DNA of 63,025 nt, counting the filler, from Myxococcota bacterium (GTDB lineage: Bacteria; Myxococcota_C; UBA6777): assembly GCA_023150835.1 (NCBI GenBank). It is 3 parts of 3 records of this genome, joined end to end, with 100 filler letters (N's around TTAATTAATTAA, not from the genome) between each part and the next. Parts side by side here need not be neighbours in the genome. Positions count along the whole stretch, not along the records: positions 25,371 to 50,458 come from JAKLKB010000104.1; positions 50,559 to 63,025 come from JAKLKB010000164.1; 1 more part is not named here. One strand, written 5' to 3'. The notes under the pieces were generated by a model. The model searched no databases. It had not been told where the DNA came from and was given only the letters and a program-made list of their open reading frames with translations. The position numbers and the translations under genes are program-made. Shown here piece by piece: positions 47,456-56,642 of this stretch. Within the stretch, counting starts at the first letter, position 1. Every line of letters begins with the position of its first letter.

Positions 47456-50017
47456 ATGCGCCCTTTATCGATCCTTACCTTCCTTTTGACCGCCCTGCTG
47501 CTCACCCCTTGGGCCTGCTCGCCTTCTTCGGTGCCTCCGCCGTGTAACTCCCCTGCCGACTGCCCCAACGCCACCTGCGATCTTGCCCTTGGCATCTGCC
47601 TTTCCAACGCACCCAAAACCAACCCCCAACAGACCACCTTCCCCAATGGTAAGCCCACCCCTTGCCTCAACAACACCCACTGCCCGCTCGATCATCGCTG
47701 CAAAGACGGCTGGTGTACAGCACAGTGCAGCACAGAAGACGACTGCGCAAAAGAACAAAAATCTTGCTTGCGTGCGCGCTTTTGTGGCCGATGCACCCAA
47801 CACAGCGACTGCTTCTCTGGCCTCTCTTGCCAAGAAGGGCGCTGCGTCCCCTGCACACAAGATGCCTCGTGCGATACCACCGAATACTGCGACGCAACCA
47901 CACAACTCTGCAAACGCCGATGCGCGTCCAACGAAGACTGCGAAGTCGGCCTACTTTGCAAACAAAACCGCTGCGTGCCTTGTGAACGCGACTCGGACTG
48001 CAACACCAGCCAGATCTGCGAACCCCTCGTCACAGAAAATGGCGAAACAAGCACCAAGCTTTGCCGCCAAGGATGCCGCACCTCCCAACAATGCGCGGCC
48101 CCAACCCCCCAATGCGACCTCCCCCGCTTGGCTTGTGTGGCTTGTCTCCGAGACCAAGACTGCGCAAGCAGCGGCCTCTTTTGCCGACAAAATGCCTGCG
48201 TCACTTGCGAACAAGTCGGATGCAACGAAGGTGCCTTTTGTGTCCGCGCCAAACAACACTGCCTCCCCAACGGCTGCAACCAAGACGGCGATTGCACCTC
48301 CCGAAGCAGCGGCACCTTCTGCGATCCCACCACCTCGACTTGCGTCGAATGCTTTCAAACGGAACACTGCACCGCCCGAAAAAAAGGCTCCGTCTGCAAA
48401 CAAAACACCTGCCAACCCTGCCTAAAAGACTCCGAATGCCCCGCACAGCAGATCTGTCACGAAAAAGTCTGCAAAGACCAAGCATGCCGAAGCTACCTCG
48501 ATTGCTTGATTGATCCCAACGCCACCTCACCCAACCCCTCGGGCCTACGCTACTGCTCCAAAGCCGACGGCCAAGATGTCGGAGTCTGTAAGGCTTGCGC
48601 TCTGTCCCAAAGCTGCGCCAAAGAACTTTGCGGAACCGATCCAAAATGCAAAGCCTGCACGAGTACCGAAGAATGCAAAAACTCGTTGGAAGCAGAAACA
48701 CATTGCGTCCAAGGGCTGGGCGTTTGCGCACCAGGCCAATGCACGACATGGCAAGAATGCTTTGCCACACCTCCCACCACAGATCCCCTCGGAAAACTCT
48801 GCACCAACAAGGAATGCAAAGACTGTAGCAGCGTCTTCGGAACTCTCGACACCATCGGCCTCGATCCCAACCAACTCAAACTCGCCTACGAAGGGCTGAC
48901 CACTTCCGCCCCTTTTTCATGGAAGCCGAAACTCCTCCCCTCCGATACGCGCAACGTCTTCTACCAATGGGATGTCGGCAATCCACCCCCCGGCCTTCAA
49001 TACACATATCCCTCCCAAAATACACCGATCTTCTCGATACACGGAACCTTTTCGAACGCCCTAATCTCCGGCCAAAAACAAAGCGGCAGGATGACCCTCT
49101 CTCTGTCCGTCTGGCAATACGCCCCCCACGGAAGAAAGGCCGTCTGCCGCATCGATCACGCGGTCGATTGGGTGATCTGGCCCAAACTGGAAACCTCGAT
49201 CGCAGGAAAAGCTAACGCACACCCCTCTCAACCCTTGATCGTCTGGCGGCCCTACGAACGCAATCATCCCACAGAAATCGACGCTTCGTCTTATGTCAAA
49301 GGCGGCGGCATCGTCCTCCCCAACGAATATCGCCCCCGTTTCCGCTGCGCGATCTACCAAGGCCCGGGACAAGGCGTCGTTCCCGATATCTTTGAAAGCA
49401 CCAGCGGATGCAAGCTCAAACGCAAGTTCGTGATCAACCCACCCAACGGCTATTATGGCTTCATGGTCTCCGTCCAAGATACCCTCGGTCAAAAAGTCGA
49501 AGTCCCTTTCTTGGTTATCCCTGCCGATTGCAGCGAGTCCAACCGCAAGATCAACGGCCCGGATCCCACCACTTGGACACGCCTCCCACCCAACCAAACG
49601 GCCAATTGGAACGTACGCATCGAAGACGCCCAGTACCGCACCTTTAGCGACAACAAGATCTGCGGCTTGCGCTTCCACGCCTCCCTCACCTCTCCCTTGC
49701 TCTCCCCTCCCCAAGATGCCCCCTCTTCCGCCCTTTCGTGCAGCAACCCCAGCCAACGCCTTTGTGTCCGCTGCATCAACGGCTGCACCCTCTGCAACGA
49801 CAACCTCTGTCGCTCCAAAAACACTCCCAGCACTTGTTTCTTCCCCGAAAACGTCACCCTCTCTTATGATGTCGAACTGCGCCACACACAGCCTGTTCGC
49901 CCCGCCAAACCCGCCTTCCTCGTCTTCCAGATCCGCAACGCCTACAACTACGCCTCCCAATTCCATTGCCAGATCTCCCTCTTTGAATCTCCCCTTCTCA
50001 CCAACCCTTCCCCCTAA
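47456..50017 (+). CDS. Cys-rich lipoprotein (many CxxDxDC modules) with a beta-rich C-terminal region
   Basis: MRPLSILTFLLTALLLTPWAC signal/lipobox; more than 10 CxxDxDCxxxxxC modules. Confidence 0.87.
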   Translation: MRPLSILTFLLTALLLTPWACSPSSVPPPCNSPADCPNATCDLALGICLSNAPKTNPQQTTFPNGKPTPCLNNTHCPLDHRCKDGWCTAQCSTEDDCAKEQKSCLRARFCGRCTQHSDCFSGLSCQEGRCVPCTQDASCDTTEYCDATTQLCKRRCASNEDCEVGLLCKQNRCVPCERDSDCNTSQICEPLVTENGETSTKLCRQGCRTSQQCAAPTPQCDLPRLACVACLRDQDCASSGLFCRQNACVTCEQVGCNEGAFCVRAKQHCLPNGCNQDGDCTSRSSGTFCDPTTSTCVECFQTEHCTARKKGSVCKQNTCQPCLKDSECPAQQICHEKVCKDQACRSYLDCLIDPNATSPNPSGLRYCSKADGQDVGVCKACALSQSCAKELCGTDPKCKACTSTEECKNSLEAETHCVQGLGVCAPGQCTTWQECFATPPTTDPLGKLCTNKECKDCSSVFGTLDTIGLDPNQLKLAYEGLTTSAPFSWKPKLLPSDTRNVFYQWDVGNPPPGLQYTYPSQNTPIFSIHGTFSNALISGQKQSGRMTLSLSVWQYAPHGRKAVCRIDHAVDWVIWPKLETSIAGKANAHPSQPLIVWRPYERNHPTEIDASSYVKGGGIVLPNEYRPRFRCAIYQGPGQGVVPDIFESTSGCKLKRKFVINPPNGYYGFMVSVQDTLGQKVEVPFLVIPADCSESNRKINGPDPTTWTRLPPNQTANWNVRIEDAQYRTFSDNKICGLRFHASLTSPLLSPPQDAPSSALSCSNPSQRLCVRCINGCTLCNDNLCRSKNTPSTCFFPENVTLSYDVELRHTQPVRPAKPAFLVFQIRNAYNYASQFHCQISLFESPLLTNPSP

Positions 50018-50030
50018 TTTGCGGAATACA

Positions 50031-50321
50031 ATGTCGGCTTAGACTTGTAAATGTTGACTTAGACTTGTAAATGTTGGCTTAGGCTTGTAAATGTTGGCTT
50101 AGACTTGTAAAGGCTGGCTTAGGCTTGTAAAGGCTGGCTTAGACTTGTAAAGGCTGGCTTAGACTTGTAAAGGCTGGCTTAGGCTTGTAAAGGCTGACTT
50201 AGACTTGTAAAGGCTGGCTTAGGCTTGTAAAGGCTGGCTTAGACTTGCAAAGACTGGCTTAGACTTGTAAAGGCTGACTTAGACTTGTAAAGTCTGGCTT
50301 AGACTTGTAAAGTCTGGCTTA
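50031..50321. repeat. Non-coding 20-bp tandem array, about 14.5 copies (AGACTTGTAAAGGCTGGCTT)
   Basis: Directly visible; no spacers; stops in all frames. Confidence 0.97.
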
Positions 50322-50431
50322 AGTCAGTATCGCTTGATTTTTGTAACTTTGGTGCTTGAGCAGCAAGGTTCTTCGGGGTCCGTTCAAACCAACGCCATGA
50401 GAGAGGTATCAAGATGCAACACATTTCAGCC

Positions 50432-50458
50432 AGGGCAACCACAGGGGGTTGCCCCTAC
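50432..50458 (-). repeat. GTAG-type REP (family B)
   Basis: Reverse complement reads GTAGGGGCAACCCCCTGTGGTTGCCCT (GTAG plus hairpin). Confidence 0.8.
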
Positions 50459-50558
50459 NNNNNNNNNNNNNNNNNNNNNNNNNNNNNNNNNNNNNNNNNN
50501 NNTTAATTAATTAANNNNNNNNNNNNNNNNNNNNNNNNNNNNNNNNNNNNNNNNNNNN
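50459..50558. other. Assembly gap / artificial contig linker
   Basis: N-run with a central TTAATTAATTAA. Confidence 0.98.
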
Positions 50559-50729
50559 GCAAAAGTCGGAAGCATCGGGGATTTTGTTTTTTCATGACGC
50601 ACGCTGTATGCACGAAATGCAGACGCTGCCCGTTCCAACTTCCCCCCGTTGGCCGGGGGGATTGAGGGGGGGAGAAAAAAAGGCGATCAAGACCGACTCT
50701 ACGAGGTTTCCACCTTAACAAGGCGCGTA
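50559..50729 (-). mobile_element. MITE-like element, left about 170 bp (reverse)
   Basis: Overlaps both 25155-25270 and 25371-25440 in sequence, bridging the two halves. Confidence 0.72.
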
Positions 50730-51043
50730 TGGGGGCATTTGATCCAACGAATTCATTTCGAGTTCAAATCTGCGAACGATCATATCGGACAGTGCGGGGT
50801 TTCGCACCTCACCCCTGTCAAAGGCGGACGTCCCCATGACCCACAAGCGCAAACAAGGTTTGCTGCGCGTTATGGGGAAAGCAAAGCCAAAGTCTCTGCC
50901 GTCCGTAAGCTTTTTTTCTCCCATCTCGCCTCTGCGACAGCAGGGAGAGGGGGGCTGGGGGGGTGAGGGTCAAACGACGTATTGCCATTTTTTTCAACAA
51001 AATCAAATTCTTCGTAAAAATGACGTCCAATTAGTTGGTCCAA

Positions 51044-51065
51044 GTGGTTCGCGAACCGCCCCTAC
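51044..51065 (-). repeat. GTAG-type REP (family B)
   Basis: Reverse complement GTAGGGGCGGTTCGCGAACCAC. Confidence 0.7.
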
Positions 51066-51117
51066 AAAGGGTTGATTCTTCACGGTTTCCCTCTTCAACT
51101 GCGTAACTCCTATGGGT

Positions 51118-53028
51118 TTATTTTTTTGTGCCGTTGCGAGCGGCGGGTGTGTGGGAGGCAGCGGGAGCGGAAGAAGCGGGCGCAGGGCGGCGAGTGCGGT
51201 GGGGAGTGCTGCGGGGAGCTTGGTTTTGGTTGGAGTGAGTTGTGCGTGGTTGAGAAGTGGAGGCTCGGAGATCTTCGCGCTCGTCGTGGTGATGATAAGG
51301 CGGAGAAGTGGAGGCATCGTCCTCATCGGGGTGGTGATAAGGCGGAGAAGTGGAGGCTTGGTCGTCGAACCATGCGGGCGCATCGCCTTTTGGATGCGAA
51401 GTCGGCCAATAGGCGGGATCTTCGGTGAAGGGTTGTCCGTTCCAACCTTGGAGGCTGTCTTCGTCGAGAGGCGGGAGAGGTTGTTCGTAAGGGGCGTTGG
51501 GGTCTTGTTCGGGTGGTGCTTTGCGTTTGTGATAACGCTCGGCGTATCGGCTTTTTCGGGGAGCGGAGGGTGTGCGAGGCGATGCTTGTGGAGTATCGGG
51601 GCTTGCGGCGGTGGCGAAGCGCAATGGTGTGGCGTGTTCGTTGCTTTCAAAGAGGATCTGGAGTGCGTCGGTGAGTGTGCGGACGGGGATTCCTTCGATG
51701 CCTTCGGCGTGAGGGGGAGGTGTTGTCGAGAGCGGGACGAGGCAGCGTGTAAAGCCGAGTTTGGCGGCTTCGTTGAGGCGTTTGTCGAGTTGGGAGACGG
51801 GTCGGACTTCGCCGCCGAGGCCGATCTCTCCAACGAGAGCGAGGTCTCTCGGGAGGACGCGCTCAAAAAAGCTGGAGGCGATTGCAGCGGCGAGAGCGAG
51901 GTCGTTGGCGGGTTCGCGCAAGCGGAGTCCACCGACGACGTTGACGAAGATATCTTGGTCGTCCATTTGGATACCGACGCGTTTTCCGAGGACGGCGAGG
52001 ACCATGTGGAGGCGATTGAGATCGATGCCGTTGGCGGTGCGGCGGGGTTGGCTGAATCCGCTTTGGCTGACGAGGGCTTGGAGTTCTACAAGGATACTGC
52101 GAGTACCTTCCATATTGACGGCGATGGCGGCCCCGCTGGTGTTTTCGTGGTGTCCTGAAAGAAAGCTTGCGCTGGGGTTAGGGACTTCGATCATGCCTTC
52201 TTCGCGCATCTCGAAGACGCCGACTTCGTTGGTGGAGCCGAAACGGTTTTTTTGTGCGCGCAACAGACGGAAAGAATGGAAACGATCGCCTTCGAGATAG
52301 ATGACGGTATCGACGATGTGTTCGAGGACACGGGGGCCAGCGATCGAGCCTTCTTTGGTGACGTGTCCGACCATGATCACGGGGATATTGCGGACTTTGG
52401 CGAGTTGCATAAGACGGGCGGCGCATTCGCGGACTTGGGTGATGCTGCCTGCGCTAGAGGGGATGGAGGGGAGGTAGACGGTTTGGATCGAGTCGACGAT
52501 GAGAGCCTTGGGTTGGAGGCTTTTGACGTGTTCGATGGCCAGTTCGAGATTGGTTTCGCTGAGCAGGTAGACTTCTTTGTCGCCGACGCCAAGGCGTTCT
52601 GCGCGCATCTTGACTTGGTAGACGCTTTCTTCGCCTGAGAGATAGAGGACAGAACCGACAGCATCTGCGATCATGCCCGATACTTGGGAGAGTAGGGTTG
52701 ATTTTCCGATTCCGGGATCTCCCCCCACAAGGATCAGCGATCCCGGGACCAAGCCCCCTCCGAGGACACGGCTCATCTCGGGCATGGCAAGAGGGATGCG
52801 TTCGTAGGTGTGGGCGGCGATCTCACTAACTTTGAGCGGGGCATTTTCTGTGGCTTGGCGTTTGGTGCTGCGGGCTTGTCCACCAAATCCGAAAGAACCC
52901 ATGGCGCGGGGATCGTTGGTTTCTTCTTTCATGCTGTTCCATGCGCCGCAGGTGGGGCAACGGCCCAACCATTTGCTGTGTTCGGCTTGGCACTCGCCAC
53001 ATCGGTAAAAGCTGCGGATCTTGGCCAT
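51118..53028 (-). CDS. radA: DNA repair protein RadA/Sms with a long low-complexity C-terminal extension
   Basis: CxxC...CxxC zinc finger, GGDPGIGKST, KNRFG, Lon-like C-domain. Confidence 0.97.
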   Translation of the reverse strand: MAKIRSFYRCGECQAEHSKWLGRCPTCGAWNSMKEETNDPRAMGSFGFGGQARSTKRQATENAPLKVSEIAAHTYERIPLAMPEMSRVLGGGLVPGSLILVGGDPGIGKSTLLSQVSGMIADAVGSVLYLSGEESVYQVKMRAERLGVGDKEVYLLSETNLELAIEHVKSLQPKALIVDSIQTVYLPSIPSSAGSITQVRECAARLMQLAKVRNIPVIMVGHVTKEGSIAGPRVLEHIVDTVIYLEGDRFHSFRLLRAQKNRFGSTNEVGVFEMREEGMIEVPNPSASFLSGHHENTSGAAIAVNMEGTRSILVELQALVSQSGFSQPRRTANGIDLNRLHMVLAVLGKRVGIQMDDQDIFVNVVGGLRLREPANDLALAAAIASSFFERVLPRDLALVGEIGLGGEVRPVSQLDKRLNEAAKLGFTRCLVPLSTTPPPHAEGIEGIPVRTLTDALQILFESNEHATPLRFATAASPDTPQASPRTPSAPRKSRYAERYHKRKAPPEQDPNAPYEQPLPPLDEDSLQGWNGQPFTEDPAYWPTSHPKGDAPAWFDDQASTSPPYHHPDEDDASTSPPYHHHDEREDLRASTSQPRTTHSNQNQAPRSTPHRTRRPAPASSAPAASHTPAARNGTKK

Positions 53029-53251
53029 AAAAGTTCTCCCTTCTCTCATTCGCTTTTTCAAGGACGCTTTTCGTTGGCGAGGGTAGCGCGGCAGAGTGCC
53101 AGAGCGCGACAGACGTTCAGAAGTTTGAGGTGAGGGTCCGATCAGGCCGTTATTGCGTGATCACGGCGGTATGTGTAGGTTTGCGGTCGTTGTGCTTGAA
53201 GCGGAAGGGTGCGAAAGAGAGTGTCTCTCCTTCGGTCGGAGGCGTGTAAAC

Positions 53252-53434
53252 TTGGGAGGCGTGTGATGGAAAAAGCCGAGTTCGTGGCGTCTCAAGCCGA
53301 AGCGTTGTTGTTTTGGGAGGCGTGTGATGGAAAAAGCCAAGAGCGTGGCATCTCAAGCCGAAGCGTTGTTGTTTTGGGAGGCGTGTGATGGAAAAAGCCG
53401 AGTTCGTGGCCTTTCAAGCGGAGCCGTTGTTGGT
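53252..53434 (+). repeat. 61-bp direct repeat x3
   Basis: Units start at 53252, 53313 and 53374 with TTGGGAGGCGTGTGATGGAAAAAGCC. Confidence 0.92.
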
Positions 53435-53454
53435 TTGAACGTGTCTGTTCGTTC

Positions 53455-53513
53455 CGCCGATGCGGGGTCAAGGGGGCAAAGACCCCTTGCGGGGTGTGGG
53501 GTTCCAACCCCAC
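53455..53513 (+). repeat. REP-like element family A
   Basis: CGCCGATGCGGGGTCAAGGGGGCAAAGACCCCTTGCGGGGTGTGGGGTTCCAACCCCAC. Confidence 0.8.
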
Positions 53514-53618
53514 GAAACCAATGAAAGACGAGGAGTCCTTACAAAACAACGACATAGGCGTGAAGCCGTCTCTCACAAAATCGTGCGTATCGTTAGGACA
53601 AAGAAAGGATGGATGTGG

Positions 53619-54512
53619 ATGAGACATTTTGAGACGTTGGTGGATACGGTGGGGAAAACGCCGTTGGTGCAAGTCAAGCACTTGGATATCAAGAACAACA
53701 ATGTGATCTTGGCGAAGTTGGAAGGGAACAATCCCGCAGGTTCGGTGAAAGATCGGCCTGCCTTGAGCATGATTCAACGGGCCGAAGAACGGGGGGAGAT
53801 CAAACGGGGGGATACGTTGATCGAGGCGACGAGCGGAAATACGGGGATCGCGTTGGCGATGACAGCGGCGATGAAGGGCTATCGGATGATCTTGATCATG
53901 CCGGAAAATGCGAGCATTGAGCGCCGTGCAACGATGAAGGCGTTTGGTGCGGAGTTGATCTTGGTGACGGCAAAAGAAAGCATGGAGGGAGCACGTGATC
54001 TGGCGTTGGCGATGCAGGAACGCGGCGAAGGGATCGTGTTGGATCAGTTCTCAAATCCCGATAATCCGCGTGCGCATTACGAGACGACAGGCCCCGAGAT
54101 CTGGGAAGCCACGCGAGGGCAGGTGACGCACTTTGTCAGTTCGATGGGAACGACAGGAACGATTATGGGAACTTCTCGTTTTTTGAAAGAGAAAAACCCT
54201 GCAATCCAGATCGTCGGTGTGCAACCCGCAGAAGGGGCGCAGATCCCGGGGATTCGGCGTTGGCCAGAAGCCTATCTACCCAAGATCTTCGAACCCAAGC
54301 GAGTCGATCAGATGTTGGATGTCACCCAAGAAGAAGCGTATCGATATGCGCGGTTGTTGGCCGAGAAAGAAGGTATCTTCGCAGGCGTCTCGTCGGGAGG
54401 GGCGATGGCTGCGGCCTTTGCGATCTCAGAGAAAGTCTCGGGCGCTGTGATCGTGTCGATCGTTTGTGACCGAGGCGATCGTTATCTTTCGACGGATTTG
54501 TTTTTGTCTTGA
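53619..54512 (+). CDS. cysM: Cysteine synthase B
   Basis: KLEGNNPAGSVKDRPA, EATSGNTG, SSMGTTGT, IPGIRRWP, CDRGDRYLS. Confidence 0.96.
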   Translation: MRHFETLVDTVGKTPLVQVKHLDIKNNNVILAKLEGNNPAGSVKDRPALSMIQRAEERGEIKRGDTLIEATSGNTGIALAMTAAMKGYRMILIMPENASIERRATMKAFGAELILVTAKESMEGARDLALAMQERGEGIVLDQFSNPDNPRAHYETTGPEIWEATRGQVTHFVSSMGTTGTIMGTSRFLKEKNPAIQIVGVQPAEGAQIPGIRRWPEAYLPKIFEPKRVDQMLDVTQEEAYRYARLLAEKEGIFAGVSSGGAMAAAFAISEKVSGAVIVSIVCDRGDRYLSTDLFLS

Positions 54513-54573
54513 GAGGACTTAGACGAAATCTGAGTGATACGATATCCGAGTGAAGTGTTCCCGTAGGATAGTG

Positions 54574-54752
54574 CGTAGACACCCGATTGTTGGGCAGCCA
54601 CACCTGTCTGCCCCTACGCTTTGCGATCATACGCCCTGCGGATCTCGTATGACGAGTACACAAAGGAGAGTACGTAGATGTCCGATTGTAGGGCCACACC
54701 TGTCTGCCCCTACATTTTTACGATAACTCAACGGGCGGATTTCGTACCACGC
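54574..54752. repeat. Two tandem ~97-bp units, each containing a GTAG-type REP (family B)
   Basis: GCCACACCTGTCTGCCCCTAC at about 54597 and 54693; the downstream flank also matches the reverse complement of 62835-62885. Confidence 0.75.
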
Positions 54753-54792
54753 TGATGCTCTTCTATTTTATATTGCCCGATGGATGGCGTGT

Positions 54793-56631
54793 TTAGCGAC
54801 AATAACCGATCTTGTTGGTTTGTCCATCGCGTAGAGGGAACGTGACGCAGCTACGGTTGGTGCAATCGCGGGAGGGGTAGTCTTGATCGCAGAGGCGTTT
54901 GCAGACACCGCTGTTTCCAGAGGAAAGGCAAGCATAGCCGCGTTGGCAGCCTTTGGTGGCATCGCAGCTAAGAGGCGTGCAGGGCGAGCCTTCGCCGCCG
55001 TTGCCTGCGGGCAAGCAGACGAAGGAGTCTTTGCCCCAAGGAGCGCATTGTTCGTTGATGGCGCAGTTGGCTGTAAAGGGGCTGCATGGATCTCCCGGAA
55101 AGCAAACGCCTTTTCCGCCTTCAATCAAGCAAAAGTATCCGTTGGGGCAGTCGTTTCGGCTGTTGCAGGACTGGCGGCAGATGCCGAGTTTTTCTTTGGC
55201 GCACCAAGCGATGCCTCGGCGAGTGCAAAGGAGGTCGCCTTCGCAAGAGAAGTCGTAATCGCAGGGGCCACCGAGTTTTTCGGGGATAAGACAACGGTTT
55301 CCGCGACATTGGTAGGGAGGGTTTTGGGCGGGGCAATCGGCATCGCGCAGGCAGCCGATCAAAAAAGTGAGGCGTCGAGTGGTTTGGTTTTGGTGTAGGT
55401 CGGTGGCGATGACGACAAAGCGGCGTTCTCCCGGGCCATAGAGGGAGAACGCCGCTTGAGCTTCGGCTTGGAAAGTATCGGAGGTGAGGGGGGCTTTTTG
55501 GAAGAGCAAGTTGTCGAGGCGTTGGCCTTTTTCGTCTTCGAGGTAAAAGGCGACGGAGGCGAGGCCCGCTTCGTCACGGGCGCGGGCTTCAAAGCGGATG
55601 CGTCCGAGGTGCGGGGAGTTGGGTTGAGGAGAAAGGATCTCGATGGTGGGAGGTTTGGCGTCAAGAGTGACTTGGAGTGAGGGCGGAGTGGGGGTGATGT
55701 TTCCGACGTTGTCGGTTCCGACCGCTTGGAGGGTGATGGCTTGTTGGTGTTGAAAGGCCGAGAGGTCGACGCTGATCTGATAGGGCGGGGCGTCGCGTGT
55801 GCCGACGACGACGGGTGGTTGGCCTTGGGCGGCGGCGAGGATCTCGATCTTGTGGAGGCCAAAGTCTTCTTGGATCTCCAAAAGAGCGGTGAATTGGAGG
55901 GGGACCGTTTGGGTGTTGGCGTCGGGGAAGAGGAATTGGAGTTTGGGGCCTTGGCGATCGATGTAAGCGGTGCAAAGGCTGGTGGTTCCGCGATAGAGTC
56001 CACGCAAGACGACGGCAGAGAGGGTGGTTTCGGTGGCGTGCGGAAGTGCGGAGAGATCTACATCAAAGATGTAGGGTGGGCCTTCGAGGCGAGATTGTGC
56101 GATGCCTTGGACGTACAATTCGACGGGCGTGGGGGGGAGGTTGGGTGGAGTATCGAGCCATTCGAGGGTGAGTTTGACTTGATCGCGGAGGATGAGCGCG
56201 CCTTGTTGACATTCTTTGAAGCGAAGCCGCGCCTGACCATTGACGATCCAGACGGGGGCAACGGCTTTTTGAGCGACGGTCTGTCCTGTGAGCAGGACTT
56301 GGACAAAGATCTCGTAGGGACCGTCCAGATCGGCGGTGGTATCCCACTCGTAGAGGTAGGGGAATCGGTCGGGTTGGGTGCGGTGGAGGATCTTAAGCAG
56401 CTTGCTTTCTTTCTGGCTGCGAAGTCCGATCAAAAGTTCTTTGATCTCGCGTGTTTGATTGGAATCGATCTCAACCAAAGCAAAGCCGGTCACTTGTGTT
56501 TCGGCGGTTGGTTGTCGGATCTGGATTGAGACGGTGTTTGGGTCGATCAGCGTTGTGCAAGCGGTAGGGGCGAGAAGCGCGAGGAGAAGGCCCAGACACA
56601 GCGCAAAAGAGGCGAACAGACGGGTGTGCAT
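54793..56631 (-). CDS. Lipoprotein with bacterial Ig-like domains and a Cys-rich C-terminus
   Basis: LAPTAC lipobox; YEWDT..DGPY, DxxPPTIEILSP, ATDLHQN; Cys-rich tail. Confidence 0.85.
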   Translation of the reverse strand: MHTRLFASFALCLGLLLALLAPTACTTLIDPNTVSIQIRQPTAETQVTGFALVEIDSNQTREIKELLIGLRSQKESKLLKILHRTQPDRFPYLYEWDTTADLDGPYEIFVQVLLTGQTVAQKAVAPVWIVNGQARLRFKECQQGALILRDQVKLTLEWLDTPPNLPPTPVELYVQGIAQSRLEGPPYIFDVDLSALPHATETTLSAVVLRGLYRGTTSLCTAYIDRQGPKLQFLFPDANTQTVPLQFTALLEIQEDFGLHKIEILAAAQGQPPVVVGTRDAPPYQISVDLSAFQHQQAITLQAVGTDNVGNITPTPPSLQVTLDAKPPTIEILSPQPNSPHLGRIRFEARARDEAGLASVAFYLEDEKGQRLDNLLFQKAPLTSDTFQAEAQAAFSLYGPGERRFVVIATDLHQNQTTRRLTFLIGCLRDADCPAQNPPYQCRGNRCLIPEKLGGPCDYDFSCEGDLLCTRRGIAWCAKEKLGICRQSCNSRNDCPNGYFCLIEGGKGVCFPGDPCSPFTANCAINEQCAPWGKDSFVCLPAGNGGEGSPCTPLSCDATKGCQRGYACLSSGNSGVCKRLCDQDYPSRDCTNRSCVTFPLRDGQTNKIGYCR

Positions 56632-56642
56632 GGCGTTTCTCG

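Noticed and set aside
50031-50321. CRISPR array or telomere-like (TTAGGC) repeat
   Set aside because: There are no unique spacers and no cas genes; TTAGGC occurs only in some variants of a 20-bp unit.
50735-51035. Possible second MITE or small ORFs with G-rich hairpins
   Set aside because: Single copy in the window with no clear ends; cannot be supported.
53252-53434. Mini-CRISPR (61-bp period)
   Set aside because: The whole unit is conserved, so the would-be spacers are near-identical.
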